DNA from: Mytilus californianus
Lineage: Eukaryota
DNA length: 64,000 nt
Direction: 5' to 3'
Assembly (NCBI RefSeq): GCF_021869535.1
Contig: NW_026262659.1
Coordinates: 5,084,001-5,148,000, forward strand
This document shows positions 49,784-61,924 of this stretch, piece by piece. Within the stretch, counting starts at the first letter, position 1; each line of letters starts with the position of its first letter. The notes beneath the pieces were generated by a model that saw only the letters and a program-made list of their open reading frames with translations, had not been told where the DNA came from and ran no database searches. The position numbers and the translations under genes are program-made.

Positions 49784-50775
49784 TTGAATCATTATTTGAT
49801 AACAGGTAAACAAAATGAGTGGATAAAGAACTTCCTCAGTGATGGAACACAGTCAGTAGTGGTGGAGGGAGAAACGTCAACTTCCATACATGTAGAGTCC
49901 GGTGTACCACAAGGATCTGTCCTGGGACCTAGTCTATTTCTGTTTTATATAAACGACATGCCCCAAGGGATTCAATCAACTGTACGACTGTTTGCTGATG
50001 ACACTATTGCCTATGTCACAATCTCATCCGATGCAGATTCAGCAAACCTTCAAAGGGACCTTGACAAACTAGCTGAATGGGAATCGAAATGGCTCATGAA
50101 GTTCCATCCTCATAAATGTAACGTACTCACCATCTCCAAGAAGCAAAATCCAGCTAAATACAGTTACACACTACATGGACATAACCTTGAACACGTCACA
50201 TCAGCGAAATACCTGGGATGTACCATTGCATCAGATCTAAAATGGGGTAAACATATAAACACCATCTGTTCCAAAGCAAATAATACCATCAGTTTTCTGA
50301 AAAGGAACTTAAACTTCTCCAATAAGTCTATAAAGTAAAAAGCATATGTGTCCCTTTGGAATATGCCAGTGCAGTATGGGACCCGTACCAACCAAATGAT
50401 ATTCATAGATTGGAAATGGTTCAAAGAAAGGCAGCAAGGTATGTTACTTACAGATATCACAACACGTCATCTGTTAGTAACATGCTTGAACATCTAGAAT
50501 GGACTACCCTACAAGAACGAAGAAAACAGAGCAGACTGATAATGATGTATAAGCTTAATAACAACTATGTGAAGATCGATACATCAAATAAGCTGATACC
50601 AAATGAACGTCCTTCCAGAAATAACAACGAAAAAGCCTTCAGAACACCATCATGCAAAACAACAGTTCGGAAGAAGTCGTTCTATCCTAGAACAATCAGA
50701 GAGTGGAACACCTTGCCCAACTGTAAGGTGTCTGCCTCGAGTCCTGAATCTTTCAAGGCTCAGCTCCTTCAGTAA
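49784..50775 (+). mobile_element. 5'-truncated non-LTR retrotransposon (CR1/L2-group) reverse transcriptase fragment
   Basis: GVPQGSVLGPSLFLFYINDMP..VRLFADD..LQRDLDKL..W..KWLMKF; a stop at 50336-50338 and a frameshift, then EYASAVWDPY..LEMVQRKAARYV..FYPRTIREWN. Confidence 0.9.
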
Positions 50776-52088
50776 ATTAAATGGCATGTTTTTATTTGCA
50801 CCTGTATATAAATTTCACCCAGTTTTTGTTTTTGTTATTAAATCTAATTAAATCTAAAATTGTTTTCATTCGCGCACTCCAAAAATGTGGCAGGGTAGTC
50901 GACCAGTTGACGGTGGCCGCTTTCTGGAAGAAGAATTGAAGTTGTTTTCCATTCGTTTGATGTGTTTGAGCTTTTGAATTTGTCATTTGATAATGAACTT
51001 TCCGTTTTGAATTTTCCCAGGAGTTCGGTATTTTTGTTATTTTTCTTTATTTTGTACTATCAGTCATTTTATTTTTTTGTTTTGCTTTTCACAATTTTGA
51101 CCCTGAGTGTACTTGATCAACACCATGAATACCAGTATCATACGTGTATATTGTACAATAAATGAGTGCCAATAGTGACGTTTTATGTCAATTTAGTGGT
51201 GTATTCATTCGCGGTTATCATACTGAAGTTTCGAAAGTCAGCATACTACATGTAAAGAAGAAACTGTTAATATCATATCAGAACACGCGAGTTTGCGAAA
51301 AGTTCAAACAAGAATGACTTTGCTCTTTTGTAGCTTTGTTTTATTTTTCGATACCGATTTTCATGTTTTGGAACATGATGTGTTATTGAGGCTTTACTTC
51401 AAGCTGGTTATGAAACTCCCTACACAATGTGTTAATATGAAAGATTTATTTTTGGGGTATTTGAATTAACTGAAAATCTATGACTTCCGATATTCTTCGT
51501 TTTCATTTTTTTCCGCATTATAATTGGTGTGGCTGTCTTTGGATGTTATGAGATGAATACGATGATATTGTTGCATGTGTGCCATTTCGTTTGTAACGTT
51601 TTCTTGCTTATTTTTTTATCCACTTTATATGGTGCTGCAATAATAGATTGGAAGAATGTTATTGCAAAATGAAAATTCTAGCTTTTAGTCTGCATTTTAA
51701 ACTACTGTTGGTGTGACTATGCCAGATGGACAAATATGCAGCCGAGTCCGAACATATTGTGAAAAATAAATTCAATAATTTCATAGGAGTATGCCAGACT
51801 TCTTCCACACACAAAGCCCTAACAACTAGTTTTTCTAAGATGTATTCATTTGGCTTTTTGTATTGTATAAATACACAGCTGCATTCGGAATAATTGAAAA
51901 CATTAAATACCTACTAGTATTTTGAACTTCTCTCTGGTCGACAATATAATTTTTTGAAATTGGTGGATTGGTGTATTGAAATTCCAGCAGAGAGTTAGTG
52001 TGAATTGTGAACGACTTGTTCATGTAATCATATGAAGCAGAATTCAGACAAAAATAAATCTTGCAAAGTTCTTTAATTTCCCTTCACA

Positions 52089-52305
52089 TATGTTGATGAA
52101 CTCCTGCCCCTCAACAACCAGCATTATAGAGAGTGCTTGCATTCATTATATCCCAGTGAACTGGTATTAAGGAGTATACCGAAACTAGAAGGTTTTCCAT
52201 CATATCTTGATCTTGTCTTCGATTTTGACACATATGAACGACTTCAAAATACAATCTAGTTACACGCGATGATTTCAACTTCCCATTTCTCACCAGTAAC
52301 ATACA
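52089..52305 (+). mobile_element. Penelope-like (Naiad-type) RT fragment
   Basis: YVDELLPLNNQHYRECLHSLYPSEL..SYLDLVFDFD..* then, frameshifted, DDFNFPFLTSNI: a decayed YIDD motif followed by the SYLDL..DDFNFP..SNIP signature. Confidence 0.65.
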
Positions 52306-52889
52306 CTCTGTCAGAACGCATGGCGTAACCATTCATTTTATCTTAATTAATACAAGAGAGACGGAATATACCAACAGAATATTCAAACTCGTAAGCTGTA
52401 AACACACTGACAATGCCATGGCTAAAGAAGTAAAACGATTAAAAGACAAACAACAGTATGCTAAACACAACATAAAAAAAACATTGAACAACACGAACCC
52501 CACCAAAAACTGCGAGTAATCACATGTGCTCTGGAAGGGTAAGCAGATCCTGCTCCACAGGTGGCACCCATCGTGTTGCTTATGTTAGTACAAACCCGAT
52601 GATAAGTCGTATTCGGTAGGTCACATTCGAGGAAAAGACGACGGATTGTGGTTACGACAACTGGAAGATATCCGTCATCACCTGTGAAACAGATATTTCA
52701 TAAGGCATAAAACCACTCATTCATAGCCCCATTGCTTTCTATGTTCAATTCTGCAATTTCAAGCATTAATGGCTACTTTGTAGTAAGTTCAAATAAATTG
52801 GCAGTCATTTCATATCAAAACTATACCTTATCCTGACTTGTGGTCTTAATTATAAAATTAACTGTTAACAAAACTTTGGGCTTTTGAAA

Positions 52890-53105
52890 TACTAAGGCTT
52901 TTCTACCTTAGGAATAGATTGCCTTGGCTGTATTTGGCAAGACTTTTGGGAATTTTTGGTCCTCAATGCTCTTCAACTTCGTACTATATTTGGCCTTTTT
53001 AACATTTTTTATTCGAGCGTCACTTATGAGTCTTTTGTAGACGAAACGCGCGTCTGGCGTAAATATAAAATTCCAATCCTGGTATCTATGATGAGTTTAT
53101 TGTGC
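52890..53105 (+). repeat. Dispersed repeat family; other copies at about 39361-39520, 41200-41285 (minus), 42835-42965, 55760-55850 and 56950-57140
   Basis: Shared core cgagcgtcactgatgagtcttttgtagacgaaacgcgcgtctggcgt..ctggtatctatgatgagtt in 6 copies. Confidence 0.85.
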
Positions 53106-54162
53106 TGAAAAACACAACATAACTTTAATTGCATATTAGAGCACATTGGTTCCCGGAAGTTTGGTAGTACAAAAACCGGTACTTCTGATCTGCACAATAG
53201 GCCAAATGTGCCCTCCTATCATAATTTCACATATATTTTTTTATTATTGAAAAGAAACTTTCAAGGGTTCTACAGTGATCCCAAGTCCTTAAGCTTTCAT
53301 TTGATACAACAACTATCCAAGTATTTTACTTATTAACAAAGGTGTAGCTTGGTAGGAACCATTTTGTTTAAAATATGTACTACTTTCTTGTATGCTCTTT
53401 CTGACCGGGTTCTATACCATAACGGTCAACCAACTCGTGATGGCGTCTGTAAAATTTTCGAAGGGAAGATTCCAACTTCACCACTTGGAACTCGTTACGT
53501 TTACACTCGTGTTAACATTATGCGGTCTTCATTATCAAGGGTGTGCTTCTGAAACAAAACCTGTTCAATCAGAGTTATGCGGAAAAACGACTGATATCGA
53601 CACAACAAAAGTTTTACTGTCACCATCACTAATTAGTTGACCAATACGATATGTCTGTAACTAAACTCATTAGCGACTAGTTCGTGGTCTTAGATCGTTA
53701 GATATCAGAATAGTCGTCTGATCGGTAACTTAAATAACTGTGTCCATTCCCGATTTTGACATTTTGACAGAGTGTGGATTCGTAAGACGGCTGGTGTATC
53801 CATAGATTATCATGTCGTCGCGTCCGGTATAGCCTCTTTTTGAAATTCTTTTTGCAATTCCTTCAGTTTTTGTTTTTACCTTGATTTGTATCTTTTCAAT
53901 GGATTTATGATATTGATCATCAGTAAATTACTGTTGTCTCTGATTCATGAAAGGTCACAACACCGTTTAACAAAATCAAAATATAATTGATCAGAACTGA
54001 TGAATAATATTTATTTGATTTTCGAATTCAAGGGGCCAAAAGGTAGTCTTAATAAACTTTGACCTTTGCTGTACAAGACGTTTGTAGATCAAAATAAAAA
54101 TTACTCTCAAATAAAGCTTTTGTAACTGAAATATAGTTTATTCATATATATATAAATATATT

Positions 54163-57100
54163 TTATTGGCATTGTATAAATAAGATTACAAACAAATTCA
54201 ACATGAGTAGATACGATTTGAGGTAGCTCCTTGTATCGTGTATAAAATGCATAATATTGCCACCATTTCCCTGAAGATGTGAGCTATCGACGTTAACATT
54301 GCAATTTCTACTAAAAGTAGTATTACTATACAATCTATCAATGGGATACACCAACGAGTTAAAATCTGAACCGAAGGTTATACGAACAGGTGTGACATTG
54401 TCATCAGAATTTGTAACAAACCACAATGCTTCTATATATCGTACATCAAATGCTGTCTCAGTTATAGGATACAATTTCATCTTACCAAATCTTCCATATC
54501 GCATTACTAATTGTAAATTTTGTTTTTGTATTTTCATCATGCCGAAAGCTGGGTTACAGTAAAAACCTACATAATCATCTTGCTGTGTTGAAATGTTCCA
54601 GAAAGGTTCAGGTACTATTTCGTCAAGCGGATATACAACAGGAGTTTTCTTAATCCACGGTTCTGGAAATGAACACGCAGTTGAATCATTTAACCAGGGT
54701 TCAAGACCAAGCAACATATCGGCAGATCTACTTAATATAGTTTTGATTGCTTCACTGTTCCCGTTAGATTTCGAACCTGTCATCGAAGCATATATGCCCA
54801 CTTTCTTATCTGGAAACAACCAAAGAAGTGACGAATAACCAACAATACCACCTGAGTGCCACAGTCGTCTGTATCCTGAAATGAAAATTAGTTACTAACG
54901 TAGAAACTTCGTCATGCAATGCTCGCTTTTGGTTTTATTTTTCAGTTTTGGTCGCAAGCGTACCTGGTGAGGTATATTAAAGAACATGTTGTAAGAATGA
55001 ACAATCGGTATGATATGTTTTACTATCATTTGATCGGTAGTGCTGCTGGTGTTCCTTGACGTACCTAGTACCTTTTGTTTCAGTACTGGCATGGTTTAAA
55101 TACATGATTTAGTATGTCCCAATTTCAATCTTAGTTCTAAATAGAATAACAAACATTGCTTTATATCAAATTTACTGCTGAGAAGGTGATTGCAAAGCAC
55201 GTTGCGTAGACATGAAAATAAATCGTTACCGTACGTTTTTACTATAATTTCGAAAGGCTCCCGGGGATTACTCTTTTTCTTGTACATATTGTAAAATTAA
55301 TACACATACATGCACATATCTTAGATCAGAATTTATATCAAATTTAACACAAATGATCATATAAGAATTTACTCACAAAATATAAAATATCTCATTATTA
55401 AACATATAGAAGAACTTTTTCTCCTCATTTAACTGGCAAAACATTTTCAATTCATTGGATATGATAGTAACAACTTGTTCAGAATATCTCTTGTTTCAAA
55501 AATTTATATAACAGGTACACACTTTCAAAATTAATAATTTACATTTGCATGACACCTGTGTACTTATAGTATGTTTAGAGTCAACAGAAATACAATGCAA
55601 TTAGTATTCTGAAAACGCGTGCACAGAAAACACAGGTAATTAACTGGATACTTGTGTTATTGTATTTAACTTTTTTGTTATACTGATATTTATTCCAATT
55701 TCACTTTGAAACCTTATTTTACTCCAACAGCAATACCTATGGAGGATCATAATACAAAAACTTTTTGATTCGAGCGTCACTGACGAGTCTTTTGTGGACG
55801 AAACACGTGTCTGGAGTACAAAATTTGAAGCATGGTATTTTTGATGAGTTTGTTCATGAGTCAGTCTTAACTTTTTGTTTGCTTAAGATTTGTCGCAGTT
55901 TCTTGATTTCATAATACCAAACAAACAGAGTTATATTGAAGAAAACTTACGATGAAAATATTTAATTTAAATCATGCAAAACTTTACCTGAAAAATTTGA
56001 AAGCTTGTTTACGCATGATAAAATGTTATATAAGCTGATAAAAAGCATACACAATTTATTTAGATAAAAATGATGGCTGCTTAGAGGATATAACCCTCGA
56101 GGACTGACAGTCTATCAGGAGAACTACCAACCAAGTAGTAATAAAAACTGTAAATATACAGTATGGACATATTTGTTCCTGTTTGTGTTGATGCTTTACA
56201 TGGTGTCTGCCTTACAGACATATTACCAGTTCATTCGTACCATCATATCCTATATATAAGCTTTAAGAAGAGCTACTAATCTTATTGCCAATCAATAGTA
56301 GTAGGAAATGCTGACCTTTCTGTATCACCTTAGATCATTCATGGTTTTGGGTCGGTTTCGTGTTGCTCAATCTTGTTTTTTTTTGTGGACTGTTGTTTGT
56401 ATTTTAGTTGTTTGTCCTGAATGTATACATAAAATTGATACATACCTCGATACACTGATGATAACCATCCCATATTGTAAGAGATAACAACATCAGATAT
56501 TGGGAATCCTGGTTTAAACAAATTGCCAAATAATGGAGTCGCCATTTGACCCCGATATGTCTCTTTTAATGTAGCATTGTCCACTAGATTGTGTCCACTC
56601 GAATCTTTGCCTGTATTAAGATGCAACAATATCCATTCTCCCATGTCTTTTGGTGTGGAATATATAGAACCGGCTGGACCCGAAGGTGATGATGTACTAA
56701 AATACAACACATAAAAGATGAACATCCGTTAAGATTAATAAAATATACACATATCCATCTTGGTCTGAAGGTTATGATGTACTGCAAAAATCATAAAAAA
56801 ATAGATTATATCACAAATCATACAAAATTTTTAACTTATCAAACTGTGAATTGATAGGCTCTTCTGTCTTGGCATAGATTATCATCGATATGGTTATAAT
56901 TATGAATGAACTGTCAATTTTTTTTTTTTTTTTAAATTATTTTTTACCGCAGTAATAGATTACCTTAGCTTTATTTGGCAAAAACTTTCGGAATTTTTGG
57001 TCCTCAATGCTGTTTAACTTCGTACTTTATTTTGCCTTTTTAATATTTTTTATTCGAGCGTCACTGATGAGTCTTTTGAAGACAAAACGCGCGTCTGGCG

Positions 57101-60100
57101 TACCAAATTTTAATTCTGGTATCTATTATGAGTTTATTTACAATTCATTTTTTTAACATTCGAGATTGGATAAGTCTCGTTTTAAACAGGATAAAGTGGA
57201 AGAATCTGCTTCTCTAATTATTTAACGAATAATGCCGAGTGCAATATTTCGAATATATTTGGCTGGACATCACACAAAACATTTAAGCAACACGTGGTTT
57301 ATCAAAACACGTCAATTTGGTCAGTTTAATAGCAAATAGAGACGGTAGTGTGTTTGCTGTTTATCGTTATTTGTATGTCGTTTTAGGAGTTTTCGGGTAT
57401 AGGTGATAGCCCTTTTTTTATGTATTGTATATATATATAGTAAATGTGGATCAAACCATTTTAACTTGCTATTCATATTTAAACTCGACTGGAAACGAAG
57501 GTGATGATGAATTGTAAGATAACATGTAGTTTTTTGCCAACGTAAAACAAGTAAGTCCACCTCAATTTGTGTCTGTACCAAATAAATAAAACAATATTCA
57601 AAATTCACAAATCGATAAAGACGACAAATCAAGTTAACAAAAGAAGCGATACCAGGTGTGTCGACAGGGTACGCGTCTCCTGCTAAATAAGAGACAAGAC
57701 GACTATTCTGGTTTCTGGAAATGTTGAGGCACAGACATATCGTGTCGGGCAACTTATTCATAATGTTAACCGTAAAACATATTAAGTGTCGATTTAAGTC
57801 GTTCTTCTTTTCAAGACTGTGTTGGAACATTTTTTTTTGTCTAAGGAGCATACCCCCTTCTAATAAAGTCCGTATATTGCAAAATAAAGGCAACAGTAGT
57901 ATATCGCTGTTCGAAATTCATAAATCGACTGAGAAAAAACAAATCCGGGTTACAAACTAAAACTGAGGGAAACACATCAAATATAAGAGGAGAACAAAGA
58001 CACAACAGAAACACCAAAATGGAACACACACAGAAACGAACTATAAGATAACAATAGCCATTTCCTGACTTGGTACAGGACATTTTAAGAACCTGGTTTG
58101 GTGGCTAGCCAAACCTCCCGCTTTAATGGCAAAGCCTTCCGCTTTAATCGCGAACATGTACGAGCGTAACGTATCAATGGAGATCTGTAAACGCCGTACG
58201 ATGGGACAGAAAGTATGTTACTGCTCAGAAATGGGAAGTTGAAATCATCATGTTTGTTACGGATTCTAGTCTGTAACAATTCCGGGGAACAGATCAAGAT
58301 ATGAAACAATGGGTCTTGTTTCGGAAGTACTATACATCTCACGTTCACTGGATATACGAGATGGATAGCTCTTTAATTTTACTTTCAGATATATTAATGA
58401 TATCCTGTCACTCAATAAACCTTATTCTATAGAATGCTTGCATAAAATATATCCCGGTAAACATGAGATTAACGATGCTACCGAAACAAGAAGGTCTGCT
58501 TCATATCTTGATCTTTTCCTTGATATTGACACAGATGGAAAACTTCCTTTTGGAGTTCGCGCGATTTCCTCAGCTGTTATTCGTAACGTTTGTATTTTTA
58601 CTGAGATGTTTATACATACAGTTCCAATTGAAACAAGTATTCCTACAGAGAACATAATTTGTCGTCTTTGCAGGGATACTGTTGGGGACGAGATTCATTA
58701 TATATTCATATTTTCAACCATGTTGCACCTAGAAATAAGTTCATTACCGAAGATAACAGCTGAAATCCATGCAACACTGAACTTAAGCGCAAAATGTTAT
58801 CAGTGTGTCATATAGTATGAACATGTTTTTAAAAAGAATTAGAAATAAAATGTAATAGCAATTTATATGAGTACCAATTATTAAGGTGTTTTTTATGCTA
58901 CCAATTCATTCTTCTAATTGTTTCATCTGTATTGCTTGATTTTTGGAAATTTTATTTGTTTGTTTGTGTATATAGTATATTTATCTTGGTCACAATTGAA
59001 AAATTGTGATATATGTTTATATTACCACTTTAACAATATTCGTAAGGGACTAATATAGTGTCTTTTCTTGTGTATACATGAGACTCCGATCAGTGGCTCT
59101 TGAATGTCGAATCAAAATGATTGGAACAAAAAAAGTACGATGTTAAGGAACATGTATCTGGGAAGGTGGGGAGGGGGGAGGAACCTAAGTGTTCTAATCA
59201 ATTTAACATATTATTAACAGTCAATTTACAGAAATGGATTGTATCAATAGCGACCATCAAGCTATGTAAGGTAAAGTCTGATATCATTTAGGATGTTGAA
59301 TAAATGTAAATGTGAATTAAATCTTGCAACTATAAGAAATAAGAATATCTAAAGAATTTACTAGAGATTTAGAGGTCAAGGTAAATTGCTCAAATATCTA
59401 AATTGATAACACTTACTATAACAACTCTTCTTTTAATTTGACTGGAGTCTCCTTTATATAAGAATATCCTAAGGCGAATTCGTCGAACGAGGAAATGTGA
59501 TCAACAAACCCACTATTTTTCATACATAATGGGTTAAATAAATATTCTTGGACGAGATGCTCCCACGAACGTCCTGTTATTTTCTCTGCCACATATCCAG
59601 CAAGGGCATAGAAATAATTGCTGTATATAAACTTCGTTCTGATCGGTGCTACTGGCGGTTGATATTGTATATTTCTGTTAAATAATATCAAAAGTTAATG
59701 TTATATAGTCTATGATAATTTTATATAGAACGGCTTGCAATGCCATGCATACATTTTATTTTAACATGTTTATGTTGTGTACAAGTTGTTATGTTATATA
59801 AATTAAAATTTTTATATATTTTTGTGGAAGATATCTGAATGTTGATGTTGACCTTCTTTTACCGTGTGATATAAGTTAATTTTTAAGCCTGTAAATATAG
59901 CCCATGCAATTTTCCATAGGAACTCCTTTTATGGCTAAAATTGTGCCACTTTTACCATGAAGTTTCTTAAAAAGCATATCCTAGAATGGAAAGTTGATAT
60001 ACACTACTATTTTTTGAAATGTCAAAACATAGGATTGTGCGGCATATTTTCAGCATTTAAATGCCTTTAACCTCTACGAGTTTAAACTAATAACTAAAAT

Positions 60101-61924
60101 TCATTCTGTACTACGCCTCCTTTTACTCTGACTCTTCACGAGAATTCAATTTGTCCTCTATCCAACAGTATTTATACAGGTAAAATTCCCAAGTTGCATC
60201 TCTATGAGATGAAACATGGAGATCATATCTGGTTACCCACTGGTTCCAGCTATACAGCTGTTCAACAGTCATTAATCAATTTAACTGAAACAAATATTGG
60301 GTCACAAACCAAAACCGAGGAAAACACATCAACAACGGAACAACATAAACACAGAACTGCTACAAAAACAAACGCCAACATACATAGAAACGGACTATTT
60401 GATAATAAACAAAACAAAATATCTATGAATATTAAATATCTCCCCAAAAGAGGTTGGGTTTGTGAATCGTCTTTATTTACAAAGTCCGACTTATAGAAGC
60501 ATTGTATAAATGTTATTTGTAAGGTTGTAGCATGAAGTCATACACATATGACAGTGACAACTTATATCAATGACAGTGTGCTTTTAGATTCCAAGTATGT
60601 TAAGAGGTTTGCAAAATGTTAATAACTTGTACACACAATCTTGGATACTACATAAACATTGTTGAGAGACGAGACTTTAATCTGTATATAACATGTTAGA
60701 TATTAATTTTATTTAATATTATGAGTTGCTACATTTCAATTTTATCCTTATATTTTGAATAAAAGCAATGCAAAAATTTAATACTAAGAAAAATTCTCTC
60801 ATGGCAAGGACTTTTTATAGGTAAATATTGGCATCAGGAGAAAAATGTCCTCAGTAAAAATATGATTAAAACGAGACGGGCGTCGCAAATCATGCCATAT
60901 GTTCACTTCAAGAGCTTCTGATATTGAATCTGCGTAATAAATATCGTGTCGGGCTGGTACACACTTAATAATAACTTCAGTAAATCCTTTTCTACAACTA
61001 TCGAATTTTACAGCAAACTGTAGCAAAGGTATTAAAATATCTAGAAATTGTATTAGATGCAAATGAAAATGGGCTTGGCGTAATAAGTTAATTAAGTTCA
61101 TAAAACAATATTTTTAAGGAACTTCATTCCATATAAGAATCGACTGAAATAACACATATAATCATATTTATCCATTAAATCGCGATTAAGAAAATTATTG
61201 ACATTGAAAAAAAGATAGAGAGATAATTTTCCGCAGATTGAAAGAAATATCAGAAGCTCTGGAAGTTAACATATGGCATGATTTGAGACGCCCGTCTCGT
61301 TTTAATCATATTTTCACTGAGGACATTCAGAACGATAGCATCAAATGTTCTCTGTTCTTATATTATGTTCGTCTTTTGTTGTTTGTCCGTGAGCTGTCCT
61401 GGTTTTTTTTTCCTGTTTCATGTACCTTTGCATTGTTGCTCATTTTAGTTTTGCCTCCCCAGCACTTCTTCCTTCTTTCATAGATAGGTTCGTTATGTTT
61501 TATCTGTTCTCAATTATCTCACCGAATAATGTATTCATATTGAGCATAATCAATGGAAACAATGAATAATCTTGCTTAGTATAACAAATACAAACATTGA
61601 AATATTACGGAAGCCGGTTAGGGCCAAAACGAAACAAAACGCGTACTTGCGACATAATTGTTTTTACTATAGCCATAAACGACTTCCATTTATACCCTTT
61701 CCATCACAGGAGTATAGAAAATAAAATAAATCTGCACATCTTACTTGATGAAATCTTCTCTAGATGTATTTTCAGGAAAGCCAACCAGTAAAGGTTCAAA
61801 GTATCCGGGAACACCTACTTTGTGTCCTAAGAGATCACGAAGATTAACGTTGTCTGTTCTTACACCGTCAAATAATCTAAACTCGTCCCCAAGAATATCT
61901 TTTATTGGTGTATCCCAATTGTAT
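54163..61924 (-). CDS. Beta-lactamase-fold serine hydrolase (AmpC/PBP-like; Gigasin-6-like), 5'-partial, probable GPI anchor
   Basis: Phase-consistent exons: 61924-61745 (YNWDTPIKDILGDEFRLFD..VNLRDLLGHKVG), 59674-59417 (KFIYSNYFYALAGYVAEKITGRSWEHLV; YxN motif), 56696-56446 (GPAGSIYSTPKDMGEW..YNMGW), 54875-54163 (GYRRLWHSGG; H-S-G motif; hydrophobic C-terminus then stop). The SxxK exon was not found in the window. Confidence 0.88.
57883..58088 (+). repeat. Dispersed repeat with a near-identical inverted copy at 63708-63917
   Basis: aataaaggcaacagtagtatatcgctgttcgaaattcataaatcg..tccgggttacaaactaaaactgagggaaacacatcaaatataagaggag and its reverse complement. Confidence 0.85.
58085..58545. mobile_element. 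Two Penelope-like RT fragments in opposite orientation
   Basis: Minus 58348-58085: DDFNFPFLSSNILSVPSYGVYRSPLIRYARTC. Plus 58430-58545: LHKIYPGKHEINDATETRRSASYLDLFLDIDTDGKL. Confidence 0.65.
60844..61327. mobile_element. Foldback/MITE with about 82-bp terminal inverted repeats
   Basis: 60844-60925 pairs with 61246-61327. The ORF track shows the same peptide, EALEVNIWHDLRRPSRFNHIFTED, on both strands. Confidence 0.75.

Noticed and set aside
57321-57893. 190-aa minus-strand ORF
   Set aside because: Crosses repeat fragments in an intron of the beta-lactamase-like gene; no motifs or splice support.
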